DNA from: Octopus bimaculoides
Taxonomy: Eukaryota
Direction: 5' to 3'
Length of the DNA: 47,835 nt
Assembly (NCBI RefSeq): GCF_001194135.2
Contig: NC_068983.1
Location: forward strand, 137,873,983-137,921,817
Each line of letters starts with the position of its first letter. Within the stretch, counting starts at the first letter, position 1. The notes below the pieces were generated by a model. It was not told the origin of the DNA. It saw only the letters and a program-made list of their open reading frames with translations, and did no database searches. Positions 10,715 through 24,247 of the stretch are shown piece after piece. The translations under genes were made by a program, and so were the position numbers.

Positions 10715-10717
<3 letters not shown>

Positions 10718-10775
<58 letters not shown>

Positions 10776-10818
10776 AGAGAGAGAGAAGGAGAGAGAGAGA
10801 AGGAGAAAGAGAGAGAAA
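10718..10818. repeat. (GA)n microsatellite
   Basis: Direct inspection; a second (GA)n tract is at about 11229-11287. Confidence 0.95.
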
Positions 10819-11225
10819 CTGTCGAAAAAGTGATAAAGAGTGGTGTGAAGACGTCGAACTTGTGTGTAACAGGTACGACGTTAATGGCATGTATGACTTC
10901 GTGTGCTTAATCCGAAAGTATGTGTTGGTGAAAAAGTATATTTTTGTTTAAGTCTGCAACTGTAAAACAAAAAATAGATAGTGAAAGTTCATTAACATAT
11001 ATGCAAGGAAGTATGATGGAAAGATTTCGATGGTTGACCACACCTGCGAACAGGAGTGATACAAAACGGCCGAAGGAAGAAATAGTAGAGAACAAATGCG
11101 TTCGTTTCTTGAGAGAAAGGCCAAGACAAACGGAGGAAGTAGCCAAAGAAGGAAGCATGGGTGTGTAACTGGCTTTAAGTGACTTAACAATCGACAGTAG
11201 TCGGGCAGTCGAGCGGTAAGTGGAG

Positions 11226-11290
<65 letters not shown>

Positions 11291-11882
11291 ACTGAGTGAT
11301 CAAAAAGTGTGAATCATAACATATTTTCCCAAAGTATAAATGTGTGTGTGTGTGCACGTACCAAACTGTCAAAAATGATCGTTGAAGGGATGTTCTTGAA
11401 TATATACATTTGTGTATATATAAGTGGAGGGTATATCTTTCTGTGATGGGTTAAAGGAACTGTCGGAGAAATCCACTTAAAAGATGGCTGAAGTTTGCTA
11501 CTGTTGATGATAAACACAATCAACGAAACGGTAACACCAGGATAAGACAAATAAATAGTGTCTTTAAAAGCAGTCACTACAATCAAGAGTATCTTTCCTG
11601 TGTGGGTTTCTACAATCCCTGTAGATGCTGCTCTGTCAAGAAAGCCGAAGTAAGACTTTCGAGGCGCGAACACCTCTGACTAAACCACATAATTCCTTTG
11701 GAATAATAAAATTCTTAAATTCCAACTCACCAATCATCAAATTCTCATCAGAAGATAAAGTGTTATTACTGTATGTATCTGTCTCCTTTTAGAGCAGTGA
11801 AGTGGTATTTCTATAGAATTTATCGCCTGACTTTGTTTTAGACGTTGAGATGTTTTGCTCAGTTTGAAATTTAATCACTAGA

Positions 11883-12250
11883 TTTATATGCAGGATCTCT
11901 GAACTAACATTAATCCACAAGGTGTATAGCTTGAAGATCAGCGCGGTTCTCCAGGTCGAGCTGCTACTTATTGACATCAAGATACCACGGCTCTGGTACT
12001 TAGGACATGTGATTAAAATATTGCAGGAAAGAATTTCAAAATAGATTCTTACAGCCAAGTCAACTAGCAAGAGGCCGAAGTGTCGATCAAAAAGTGTTGA
12101 TAATATCTAGACTCTCAGTTGATTACGCTTGGGAATCCAACCGGAAATTTTAATGCCTGTTGCTTCTGATAGGGTCCTATGTAGAGGTGCGTGAGTACTT
12201 AGCTCTCACAACCTTCCCAGGAATAGCTGGAAGAAAAAATGATGGATGGA
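11883..12250 (+). mobile_element. Decayed RTE-clade LINE 3' end (thumb region and tail)
   Basis: RISELTL..KV....AVLQVELLL..RLWYLGHVIKILQERISK*IL.AK..KRPK resembles the LRWYGHV.RM..ER..K.IL motif. A tail ending gatggatgga follows. Confidence 0.65.
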
Positions 12251-13159
12251 TTCATATGTATATTTTGTTTGTCACGTGTATTTATAGTCTGTGTTTATTT
12301 TAGATTTGTGTTGTGTTATAAGTAATGCTTCCAACATAAAGTTTTTAAATGATAATAAGTTTCAACTTCCCTTAAATTTAGTCTTTAAAACTGTGTTAGA
12401 TGAGGAAACATCAGTCATGTATAATCATGTTAAAGGAATCGAATTATAAGAGCAATAAATAGACGTAATGTGTGGAGTAGCATTATAAGTAAAGAAAAAT
12501 ACAAAAAGAATAGAAATAGCCAAAATAAGAACATAAGCAAGCTGGGTGAAAATTGTGTGAATGGGAGATGTTTAATATACATATGGTTATATGAAATATC
12601 ACGCTTTATGAAATTATGAATATAAATCCCATACTCTGAAAAAAGAAGGTAATATCTTCAAGAACAGAGGTTGTTTATGAGAGCTGCGAAAAGGGAATTT
12701 TACACAGAAAATGTTGGACTATTTTAACATAACGTCTATAACCTTTGTTTCAATTTGAAAAAGGATTAATTTAAGTTATAAAGGCGAAAAAATTGTAAAG
12801 AATTAACAAATTGAAAAAACTGTTATTATTATAAAGATGTTTCCGAAATTTGAATTAGGATAAATAATTAATTTAAATTAAATTCATTCTATAACCCAAA
12901 TATGTAATGAATATTTATACACCAGTATCAAAAGTTATATTCAATCTCCTTCCTAGTAAATGAAACAAAAATTTTGTTTAATATGTGTGAAATAGAAATA
13001 ATAAAGTCAAAGCCGATAAGTACGAAAAGAAAATAAAATGTAAATTTTTACTTTTATTTATGAGGATATCTGATGAAAAAGCATCTGAAAATATATGGTA
13101 AGGATTATATATTTAACCTACTAAATACACTAAATATACATTCTCGGCTCCTATATTCT

Positions 13160-13358
13160 TTTCTAGTCTTGGAACAAGGCCCGAATTTTTTTTAGGTGGG
13201 GGGCAGTCGATTAGATCGACCCCAGTACGCAACTGGTACTTAATTTATCGACTCCGAAAGGCAAAGTCGACCTCGGTGGAATTTGAACTCAGAGACAGAG
13301 GAAATACTGGGAAGCATTTCGCCGGGCGTGCTAACGTTTCTGTCAGCTCGCCTCCTTA
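13160..13358 (-). mobile_element. tRNA-derived SINE, near full length
   Basis: Minus strand has an A-box-like TGACAGAAACG, a B-box GAGTTCAAATTCC, the core gataaattaagtaccagt..tggggtcgat and a tail. It matches copies at 23974, 31962, 36918 and 46243. Confidence 0.85.
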
Positions 13359-13539
13359 AATTTAATACGATATTAACAAAAAGATATATCAACTGAAATG
13401 ATAAGACCTTATTGGATTGTAATGTGCAATTTTATCAGACGTAACAAAAAAATTGTTTCTATTGGGGATTTGTTGTAAAAATATTGGCAAACCATAGCAT
13501 TTCAAATAAAGTAATACAATGCATGTTTAGGGGAAAATG

Positions 13540-13598
<59 letters not shown>

Positions 13599-14296
13599 AT
13601 TTACTTCACTTTCTCTCTGTTTATAAATCACCCGTTAAAACAACAACCTGATCGTCTATATATATATTGTAAAGAGCAGAGCTTCATAATTTTCGTATAC
13701 ATTCATAACAATTCGAACGTATTGCAAAGAGCATAAAATAAAATAAAATGTGTGTATTATTAAAAAATAACGCTAGTCTTATGGCTGATGGTTTCAAAGC
13801 AATGAAATGTATGTGTGTACAAGTTGTTACTAAAAGCAATATGCAATATATAAAGCAGTAGTATTATCAAATTAAATAGGTATTTGTTTTTGCTGCGGAT
13901 ATTAATATTAAAGTAATAATCAAACCAACTACAGGCAATGCTATATAGAATAAAAGCATAAAAAGAAGCATGTGCAGGTAAACCATTGTATCTAGAGAAC
14001 ATCTATTTATTGATAGATGTGAGACTTAGAAACGAAAAACATTAAGGAAATTGGTTTTGAAAAACAGCTAATAAAATTTGTTGGGGGGAAATTATAAAGA
14101 TATAAAAATGTATATGGAAAATATGTGAATACAACCTGAGCGGGTAATGTAAAAAAAATGTAGGTCTTGGCACTCAAGCAAATATGATCATAGATAAAAG
14201 TGTATCAAGATGTAACCAAATAGGATTGCCATCTACAAATAAATGTATTCTTTAGAAAATGTGGTTATGAATGTATCACATATAATACATGTGTGA

Positions 14297-14378
<82 letters not shown>

Positions 14379-15274
14379 AAACAACTGCATAACAGGCGAA
14401 GAAGAAAGTAAAATAATCGATCAAAATGTATCTTTGAATCTTCGCGCGAAATAGCAATAACATTCAGATGGCTGTATACAAGAAGGCAAAAATAAATCGT
14501 ACATATCTTAAAAATAACATTAGCTGTTGCAATGTATTGTCAAACTGACAAAATGTGTGTAGGCTGGAATTGGCTATTGAGAACAAATTAGTAAAAGTTA
14601 GGACAATGGAATTATAAATTCAAATACATTACACATAACACGAAGAATTTTCATCCGCATAAATTCTGTGATAAAACATTATTGAATAAAAGTTAGATTT
14701 TGAAAGATTATAAAATATCACAAAGTGGATAGAGATAAATCGGTGAAGATCACGTTAGAAACTAATTGTAGACAGTGTAACGCGTTCTATAAATTCTTCA
14801 CTAAATTTGGAGTACAAATACAGAAAATATAAACGAGGACATAAAAAAAAATCTAGAATTATTCTTGGACGGAAAGTTAAATAGTCAGGAGAATTCGATG
14901 CGGTAGGAAACGTTAAGGTTAATAAAAAGAAGAAAAGTTTAATAGGAATTTATAGGTTGTAAGTCTCATGATTAAATACCCTGTTATAATAGAAATTATG
15001 GTCCTCTTGACTAATAATGAATAATTTCTCCAAACTATTTTTATAAGTAGGAAAGTTAGATTTAATCACGAAAGCAATTCCAGTTAGTGAATTTAGACTA
15101 CTGCATTATATAGTAATTAACTCTATATTTCTAGAATTTTAAGCTCCTAAAGATTTTGTGTCTTGAATATGAAACTAACATTGAGTATTGATTGGGGAAT
15201 TAGAGGTTGAAGAAAAAGTATTTCAAACAAATCAGAACTATAGAGCTGGCGTTATTTTTTATTCGCAGCGTAGA

Positions 15275-15410
15275 GTTTGCGGTCGTGGACTGGCAGAATC
15301 ATAAGGGTGTCGGAAAAATGCCTGGTGGTATTTCTCCTTTATTTCTCCCTACCTTTCATATTTTCGGGACTGATAAAATAAAGTACTGGGTCGATATGAT
15401 CGGCTATACC
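15275..15410 (+). mobile_element. Degenerate SINE
   Basis: ctggcagaatc...aaaatgcctggtggtatt...gataaaataaagtactgggtcgat. Confidence 0.6.
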
Positions 15411-15417
15411 CTCAAAC

Positions 15418-15524
<107 letters not shown>

Positions 15525-16598
15525 GGTCTGTCTGTCTGTCTATGTTGGTGTATGTGTTAGGCACACATACACTATATAGATGTAGGATGGGTAAATTTTT
15601 AAGAAATGGGATTCGAAACCTCGAGGTTCGGAATTGTATCCTACTGCATTGCATCTTAAGCTAAGCTCATCGGATAAATTCTACCTGTAATTCAAAGGTC
15701 CAACCTTGTGTCACTCTGATTCTGAGTTTTACATTAAGGTTACACAAGACCTTAGAAGATTCAATCACTTAAATATAACGAATAGGTAGTTCAGTTGATC
15801 GAACAGATGAAAACACATTGTTAAAAACGACAGAAATTCAGTTATTTTCACTTCATAAATAGCGAATATCACCTTCAAATGGCAGTGTTTTGAAACGTCA
15901 AAATGTATACATTTATAAATGAATGCATATATGCGATTGTACGTATGCAGGTATGCAGTTATATNNNNNNNNNNNNNNNNNNNNNNNNNNNNNNNNNNNN
16001 NNNNNNNNNNNNNNNNNNNNNNNNNNNNNNNNNNNNNNNNNNNNNNNNNNNNNNNNNNNNNNNNNNNNNNNNNNNNNNNNNNNNNNNNNNNNNNNNNNNN
16101 NNNNNNNNNNNNNNNNNNNNNNNNNNNNNNNNNNNNNNNNNNNNNNNNNNNNNNNNNNNNNNNNNNNNNNNNNNNNNNNNNNNNNNNNNNNNNNNNNNNN
16201 NNNNNNNNNNNNNNNNNNNNNNNNNNNNNNNNNNNNNNNNNNNNNNNNNNNNNNNNNNNNNNNNNNNNNNNNNNNNNNNNNNNNNNNNNNNNNNNNNNNN
16301 NNNNNNNNNNNNNNNNNNNNNNNNNNNNNNNNNNNNNNNNNNNNNNNNNNNNNNNNNNNNNNNNNNNNNNNNNNNNNNNNNNNNNNNNNNNNNNNNNNNN
16401 NNNNNNNNNNNNNNNNNNNNNNNNNNNNNNNNNNNNNNNNNNNNNNNNNNNNNNNNTATACCGACTAGTTTGCCCCAGTCGTTGTATGAACAGGATTGGG
16501 TATTATAAGTCGTGTATGAGCGTGTGTATATGTAAATATATAAAAACAAAAAGATAAAGAGAGCAAAGGTAAGGTTGGAGAAGTATTTTATGGAGAGA

Positions 16599-16647
16599 GT
16601 CTTACAGCTGTTTCTTGGAAGATCCAGTACTTCCCTTCATCGGAGAC
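16599..16647 (-). ncRNA. Type I hammerhead-like motif with one core substitution (U4 to C)
   Basis: Reverse complement is GTCT-CCGATGA-AG-GGAAG tactggat CTTCC-AA-GAA-ACAGCTGT-A-AGAC. All three stems pair; the triplet is GUA. Confidence 0.6.
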
Positions 16648-16774
16648 AGAAAAAATAAAGTAATCTATTATTATATCCATAGGCGGATATTTTTAATATG
16701 AAGTGGTAAAGAGTGTGATGTGCTGAAAAAAGAGAGAACAGTACACGGATATTTACCACTGGAATGAAACTACA

Positions 16775-17193
16775 CTTGGCAGAGATGCGTCTCATACCCA
16801 AATCTTCAGAGACAATGAACTGAACTGAACCTTAACTAATCAGCACATCCCCTGATAACTCACAGCTGCATGCATATCTGCGATGTTTTTCTCACTTCTG
16901 CTAGTTGCGGGTCTCCTAGAACGTTCGTCAATATCGACATTTTCTTCGGCCATCTTGGAAATGTCTGAGCCAATCGTACACTTAGGTGCGGCTCATACAC
17001 TCTTCTCCATATACTTTCTACAGCTTTGCCTAGGCCTCTGAGCAAGTATTACCATGACAACTTTCTCTGTCATGGTCAATACGACGATCACACGCTAAAC
17101 ACCTTCCTTCAAATCTGTACCAAGCGGCTTTACACTGCGTGCTTTAGCTTCGTTACTATGGCAACGGTCTGGATACTTACTGATCAGATCTCG
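16775..17193 (-). mobile_element. Mariner element 5' part (TIR plus N-terminal HTH), decayed and truncated
   Basis: TA-CGAGATCTGATCAGTAAGTATCCAGAC terminus. Across frameshifts: MTEKV, KVYGEECMSRT*VYDW, DIDERSRRPATSRSEKNI, GSVQFIVSEDLGMRRISAK. Confidence 0.8.
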
Positions 17194-17668
17194 TATATAT
17201 ATACACACACACACACACACATATATATGCATATATATATATATGAGTGAATATATGTATTTATGCAAGTTAAAATGTATACACACATAGATGAATGTAT
17301 ACACGCCTTGCATTTGTATATATGCGTATGCATATGTATATTTGCTTGCAATGTATTCATATATAGTAGCAAACCTGCGAACATATACAGCAGTGTAGTG
17401 TGTTCTTTGGCATTAAAAAGTGTGCTGCGCCTATCTAAAGTTCGTTTGATCACTCTCCAATAGAAACACCTGTTGTGTTACTTGCAGTAGTTGACATGTG
17501 ACTCCAACGTATCATGGAGAGCACAAAATTACTAGGAAGACTGGATATTGTCACCAAATAATCATTAAAAATACTTTCAACTTCGTTGGCAATGAGCTGT
17601 AAGAAACATACGCGCGCACGCACACACGCGCACACGAACACACGCGCACACGCACACACACTCACACA

Positions 17669-17713
<45 letters not shown>

Positions 17714-18604
17714 GTATATGTATATATATATATATGTANNNNNNNNNNNNNNNNNNNNNNNNNNNNNNNNNNNNNNNNNNNNNNNNNNNNNNNNNNNNNN
17801 NNNNNNNNNNNNNNNNNNNNNNNNNNNNNNNNNNNNNNNNNNNNNNNNNNNNNNNNNNNNNNNNNNNNNNNNNNNNNNNNNNNNNNNNNNNNNNNNNNNN
17901 NNNNNNNNNNNNNNNNNNNNNNNNNNNNNNNNNNNNNNNNNNNNNNNNNNNNNNNNNNNNNNNNNNNNNNNNNNNNNNNNNNNNNNNNNNNNNNNNNNNN
18001 NNNNNNNNNNNNNNNNNNNNNNNNNNNNNNNNNNNNNNNNNNNNNNNNNNNNNNNNNNNNNNNNNNNNNNNNNNNNNNNNNNNNNNNNNNNNNNNNNNNN
18101 NNNNNNNNNNNNNNNNNNNNNNNNNNNNNNNNNNNNNNNNNNNNNNNNNNNNNNNNNNNNNNNNNNNNNNNNNNNNNNNNNNNNNNNNNNNNNNNNNNNN
18201 NNNNNNNNNNNNNNNNNNNNNNNNNNNNNNNNNNNNNNNNNNNNNNNNNNNNNNNNNNNNNNNNNNNNNNNNNNNNNNNNNNNNNNNNNNNNNNNNNNNN
18301 NNNNNNNNNNNNNNNNNNNNNNNNNNNNNNNNNNNNNNNNNNNNNNNNNNNNNNNNNNNNNNNNNNNNNNNNNNNNNNNNNNNNNNNNNNNNNNNNNNNN
18401 NNNNNNNNNNNNNNNNNNNNNNNNNNNNNNNNNNNNNNNNNNNNNNNNNNNNNNNNNNNNNNNNNNNNNNNNNNNNNNNNNNNNNNNNNNNNNNNNNNNN
18501 NNNNNNNNNNNNNNNNNNNNNNNNNNNNNNNNNNNNNNNNNNNNNNNNNNNNNNNNNNNNNNNNNNNNNNNNNNNNNNNNNNNNNNNNNNNNNNNNNNNN
18601 NNTG

Positions 18605-18649
<45 letters not shown>

Positions 18650-18679
18650 TATGTGTGTGTGTTTACTAAGTGAAACAAC

Positions 18680-18990
18680 CAAACGGCCAAGAAGTTCGCC
18701 CCGTAATCCGGAGGTCTCGCGTTCGCTCCTAATTGTGTGGGATCTCGAGCAAATGTTACTTTTTTACCCTCGATTCGACACACACCTAGAGAGTGAAAAT
18801 GGATTGTAATGATGGAAACTGTATATAACCCATTGGGTGAATTGTAGCTATAATACAAACGTTACAGGCACGTCACACTGATTCTACTTCAGAATTACAT
18901 TACGAACTTACGTGTCTGTGGGATATTCAGTCACTTGGTACGTTTAGTCAACGAATAGACCGTCTAATTGATCGAACAACTGGGCGGTCA
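18680..18990 (+). mobile_element. Two degenerate SINE fragments: a tRNA-like 5' half, then a core fragment
   Basis: aagaagttcgcc..tcgcgttcgctcc..gatggaaactg head. The second fragment (acgtgtctgtgg..ttgatcgaacaactgg) resembles 15660-15810. Confidence 0.4.
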
Positions 18991-19261
18991 TATAGCAAAA
19001 TCAACAGGAAGGTTTTTCAGATACATACATGATGGCTATCTACTCGTGCGTGGGGTTTAAGTCGAGTGCAGCTTGCACAACACACGTCTCTCACTAGTAA
19101 TACCAAGAAGCTCAAAGAAAGTAAAGTGCAAGATATCTGGCTCAGTAGAATAGCAGTTATACATACATACATACATACATACATACATACATACATACAT
19201 ACATACATACATACATACATACTAAGACAACACTTATATAATAGATACATACATTTATAAA

Positions 19262-19380
19262 CTTAGAAATAGTCTGTTTCACGACAAAGAGCAAGAGAAA
19301 CTGAAGCGGATTTTCCAAATCCAATCTATTAGTGGTACAGTGAAGACTTGTAAAACATTCTAAAAATTTTCCATTTGAGA
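19262..19380 (+). mobile_element. Possible RLE-type LINE C-terminal remnant
   Basis: EKLKRIFQIQSISGTVKTCKTF* resembles RLE LINE C-termini (recalled similarity only). Confidence 0.3.
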
Positions 19381-19542
19381 TTCTTATGTGAATAGATGCA
19401 CACACCGACAATTCAACCAACACACCAACTCAATCACATATTTACAAACATCAGGCACTCTCTTAACTAAAAAAAGTCTTGTCACTTTGTTAGCGACTGG
19501 CTTGAACTTTTTCAAGAAAAACTTTAATAAAACTAGAAAAAA

Positions 19543-19607
<65 letters not shown>

Positions 19608-20630
19608 CATACATCTATACATCCATACATACACATTTAAATATAAACAGGTATGTAAATAGGTATGTATTTTTGTATGTGTGTATTGGTTTGGACATGA
19701 GTAGATTCAAAGAAGAGGAAGTTGAAGTTTTCAACCTTGATATATTTCTGGCGTGTATACTTACTAAATCGTGTATCTTTCTAAACGCTGAATATATAAA
19801 AGCCATTGTCTGCCCTAGTAGCCACATATAATAAACACCTTGCATATTAGCACAATCGTGCATGAGATACTTTAATGCTTACACAAGTAAACCACAACGT
19901 AATACACACATATACGCAATCTGTATGTATGTGTGTGCATGTGCGTGTACGCGTGTGTGTATTCCTCTATACATTACTGCTACACATTATCTCTATAAAA
20001 ACAATAAAGCTATTTAACGTATAGTAACATTACTAAAAGTTTTAATGGAAAATCGATGAATTTTAATATGTAAAAGAGAACACCTGTACGAAACCATATT
20101 CGCCATATCTTTATTAAACATGCAACAGAATATACGCATTAACACATATTATAAAGGAATATACTTACATACACATAAGATTTCTAAAAATAATTCTCCT
20201 TTACACTAATGTGATAAATAAAATAAATTGCTTCACATCTCGTAATCAGAGATTCTCGATCAACGCGTTATAATCCCTGTTGAGGTTAGTGTGTTAAAAG
20301 AAACGGAAAGCTCGTGCGTTAAGGGAACATAATTTCAATCCAGAACGGAATTACAGTGGAACACATGGTTCTTTTCATCTATAAGACTCACGTTCACACC
20401 TATGTGCATAAGTATACTTAAGCACATACATGCTAATTCCTAATATATTATACAAGTACACATACACATACACACACGTGCTCATAAATTCAGAACGAGT
20501 GGTTGTAGTAATCCGCAAGAAAAGAAAACTCATTGTTAGAGTAGATATATTAGGTTCATTGCTACATTATAACACAGTCAGATGTTTCGACTTTGTTTCT
20601 AAGAAGCAAATTAAGCATTCTTGTGCGCCA

Positions 20631-20755
<125 letters not shown>

Positions 20756-21672
20756 AGTTCGTCTGTCGATTTATCTAGAAAAATACGGAAGACAGGATGA
20801 AGAAGAAAACGAAAAGGAGACGAGGATGGGAAAGATGGAGGTGGACTAAAAATCGAGGAAGAAGAAAGAAAAATGAAGGATTATAGAATGAAGATGGGAT
20901 AAGAATGTGAAAATAGAAGGAAACCTGAAAGTAATAATGGGATGAGAGACAGCGGTTACGAAAGGGAATCCAGATCGAAATGCAGGCTAAGAGAGAGCTG
21001 GAGGAAATAAGGAGATGATATGGAATGGGAGAGATCGAAAAGAGTGGACGAAGAGATAGAAAGCAGTAGAACAAGAGTATGAGTAGGAAGAGAAGGAAAA
21101 AGAGAAGGAAATTAGTTGGGTGGTGTAGAAACGTACAGGAATGCATAATGGGAGAATAGAAAATTGACGAGTAGGATCACTTGGTAATCATTTTACATTT
21201 TTCCTCCGTACAAATAAATGGAAGAAAAAAATGATAAAATAAAAGGGTTTTGGAGAACTTGTTATTAAAGGAATTGAGTGAAAGTCGCGAGAAATCGAGA
21301 CATTTGTACAGATACAATTTTAGAAAGTTGATTACAGTGGAAAGTTGAGCGGGTGCCAAGGGTATCGTTAAGAGATATACGTAAGTCGTTTTAAAGATGG
21401 AAACGCAAGCATGAGGAGTAGGAATACAGAGCTCGAGTGAAAAGAAGAGAGGAATTGAGAGGAAGATTGAGAGGAGGTGATTGGGTCTTTATGTTACTAG
21501 TGAGATGTAGGCTCAAAAGTGAGATACGAAGAATATCTATAGGGTATAATACAAATAATAATAATTGGTTGTAACGTAAGCACGAGACAAGAAAGTTGTG
21601 GTGGCAGTGGTGGTGGTGGGGAAAGTTGTGATTTATTTGTAATTTACGCGGTATGTTCATTTGATAAGAGAG

Positions 21673-21930
21673 TCAAGAAAAATGGAAAAGGAAAACGAGT
21701 ATTATAATGATCTGGAAAATAAAATTCTCAAATGCTGGAATAAGAAGTCAAAGAGGTCATGATCCTGCCAGTTATCATTGGGGCCACGGGAACTGTGAAA
21801 AAGAATTGGAGAGCAAATCTTGGAAAGAGAGATCATAATTCTGCGTGTGGGTACAGTACAGAAAAGCTGTTTACTCGTTCAGCAAGACTTATCCTGAAAG
21901 TTCTCGAGAAAACGCAAGGACTGTATAGAA
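21673..21930 (+). mobile_element. R4/Dong-like RLE endonuclease C-terminal remnant
   Basis: KMEKENEYYNDLENKILKCWNKK / ILPVIIGATGTVKK / SARLILKVLE parallels the EK..KY..L....IPVVIAALG..GTAHI region at 47290-47500. Confidence 0.6.
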
Positions 21931-22228
21931 GCAACAGCAACTATATATCATGGTTTGGTGGGAAGCATAACTGAACCGGTTGTTACCGTGTAACAGCAAA
22001 GTACTGTTAACAATCATCCCTGTATTGGACACAAAGGCTCGAAAAGATACAATAAAGTACAGTGCTCATTGAAAAGGGGATTTACAAATATATATGTGTA
22101 TTAGGATAGACGAGGTGTTTAAAATTAGGGAGATGGGTGACAGACGATATAAGATATATAAGTTAAGAAAGTTATGGAAAATATGCGCATATGTATAATG
22201 AGTAAATAAAATTAAAGCAAGATACAAT

Positions 22229-22412
22229 CGAGGCAGGTGATGAAAAGTTCCTGGATTTAGGTAAAAGAAAATATAGGAGGATGAGTTAATTATGATTTTA
22301 TTCCCCTCTCAGATTCACACACTTATTGCAGTAGTCCTTCAGTTATGCTAAGCTCTGCAACCAGGTCTTTTGCGATACCCTTAAAACCAGGAACTTTTCA
22401 GCACCCTTACGC
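22229..22412 (-). mobile_element. Mariner-derived MITE of about 185 bp
   Basis: Inverted termini ggtgatgaaaagttcctgg / ccaggaacttttcagcacc. The internal minus strand reads LKDYCNKCVNLRG, a mariner transposase C-terminus. Confidence 0.8.
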
Positions 22413-22550
22413 ATATCACCATTCATATATACATACATATATATACATATATATAATACATACATACATACATACATACATACATACACATACATACATG
22501 CAGGCATACATGCATGTATGTTTTTATATATACGCACACACACGCGCACG

Positions 22551-22611
<61 letters not shown>

Positions 22612-22613
<2 letters not shown>

Positions 22614-22735
22614 CAAATTTACAGAAAACAAAAGACGAAGACAGGTGAACGAGCAACGAGCAGGTGTGTTAGTTTAACACTCGAGAAGAATGGAAAAGTC
22701 TTTCACGTTTCGAGGCTACGCTCTTCGAGTGAAAT
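22612..22735 (-). mobile_element. Solo PLE-type terminal repeat with a decayed hammerhead motif
   Basis: Reverse complement is tttCACTCGA-A-GAGC GTAG CCTC-GAA-ACGT-G-aaag. The tail aaactaa..cctg..gtcttcgtcttttgttttctgtaaattt is shared with 41881-41975. Confidence 0.5.
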
Positions 22736-23899
22736 GATTGAGAGGAAAAAAACGGAGAGAAATCGGAAAAAAAAAGAAACCAGAATAAAACTTGAATAAA
22801 AATTAGGTAAAGACAATGTAGTATGTAATGTAAAGCTCGTACACAGTTATTGACTACCGTAATATACAAAAGTAAAAATTAGAACGCAAGCAGAAGCAGT
22901 TGTATATATAGGTGCGACCGTGACATCGATATCGTAATCATATTGCATCGTTTAAAAACATTAACAAGAGACACTACTCATCTCTCGCTGATTTGATCTC
23001 TGGAAACAAGGAATGAAAAGTACAAAACGCCATGATATAAACGGTAATAGAATATGCATGCCCGTACAATAGATTTTCAAGATCTTGTTATCTCTGTTTT
23101 GAGGTGACACTATGCATTTTAATGTGTTCAAATGAACACATGGTTACTAAATGTAACGACAGACTAAAATGCTCATTTTCGCAGTTTAGTAAAAACAATT
23201 AATATTTAAAATTCTATTGATGCAATCTGCTTATTTTATTTTATCTTGTTTTACTTTGTTGCATTTATTTCTGCTTAAAAATAGTAAGACCATATATATA
23301 TATATATANNNNNNNNNNNNNNNNNNNNNNNNNNNNNNNNNNNNNNNNNNNNNNNNNNNNNNNNNNNNNNNNNNNNNNNNNNNNNNNNNNNNNNNNNNNN
23401 NNNNNNNNNNNNNNNNNNNNNNNNNNNNNNNNNNNNNNNNNNNNNNNNNNNNNNNNNNNNNNNNNNNNNNNNNNNNNNNNNNNNNNNNNNNNNNNNNNNN
23501 NNNNNNNNNNNNNNNNNNNNNNNNNNNNNNNNNNNNNNNNNNNNNNNNNNNNNNNNNNATATATATATATATATATATATATAAAACTATATACACTACC
23601 TTGTATGTTGGTATATGAAAGCATATGTATGTATGCAGGGGAGTTTACCTACTAACTTATTTTTCTAAATGTTTCACACAAAGATATAAAAGCTAGACAA
23701 CCATAAATCAACTTTGTTTAAAGGCAGACTACGGCGAAGAATGAAACCATACGTTTTGTTGTAACAGGCAGGAGATACTTTTGATTTCTCTCAAGTAGAT
23801 AGTTGACAAGCACAGAAATGGTCAGTTCTTACAACTTTATCACGTTATTATTTCTAAATGCTTGTGATGAACTAACAGAATTATTAGGTTATTGGGGAA

Positions 23900-24171
23900 A
23901 AAAATGCTCTTGATAGTATTTCTTCCAGCTCTTTAGATTCTGAGTTCAAATCCCACTTTGCCTTTCATCCTTTTGGAGGCGGCGAGAAGGCAGAGTAGTT
24001 AGCATGCTGGGTTATATGCTTAGCAGCATTTTGTCCGTCTGAACGATATGAGTTCAAATTCCTCCGAGGTCGACTTTGCCTTTCATCCTTTTGGGGGTCG
24101 ATAAGTTAGGTACGAGTGAAGCATTGTGGTCGATGTAATCAAGATTTGTCCCTTTAGTAGAAAGGATTATT
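23900..24171 (+). mobile_element. Partial SINE directly followed by a SINE with an internal deletion
   Basis: Two gagttcaaat..ctttgcctttcatcctttt segments; ends gaaaggattatt. Confidence 0.8.
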
Positions 24172-24247
24172 TCCAAATGCTTTCATTCTGCATTCTGCTT
24201 TTCTTTTGATTCTTAATAATCTGATTATAGAGATAAAATTATACCAC

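Noticed and set aside
11314-11673. 119-aa minus-strand hydrophobic ORF
   Set aside because: No recognisable homology, a non-ATG start, and it ends in a microsatellite.
13065-13100. CTGATGA...GAAA hammerhead-like string
   Set aside because: No stem I or stem II pairing, so likely a chance match.
13160-13358. tRNA gene suggested by A and B boxes (also in the other SINE heads)
   Set aside because: No cloverleaf; it continues into a SINE core and tail and is multi-copy.
20780-21170. Long polypurine-skewed tract with triplex potential; also 10130-10440
   Set aside because: Probably decayed (GA/GAA)n microsatellite; no mirror symmetry could be established by eye.
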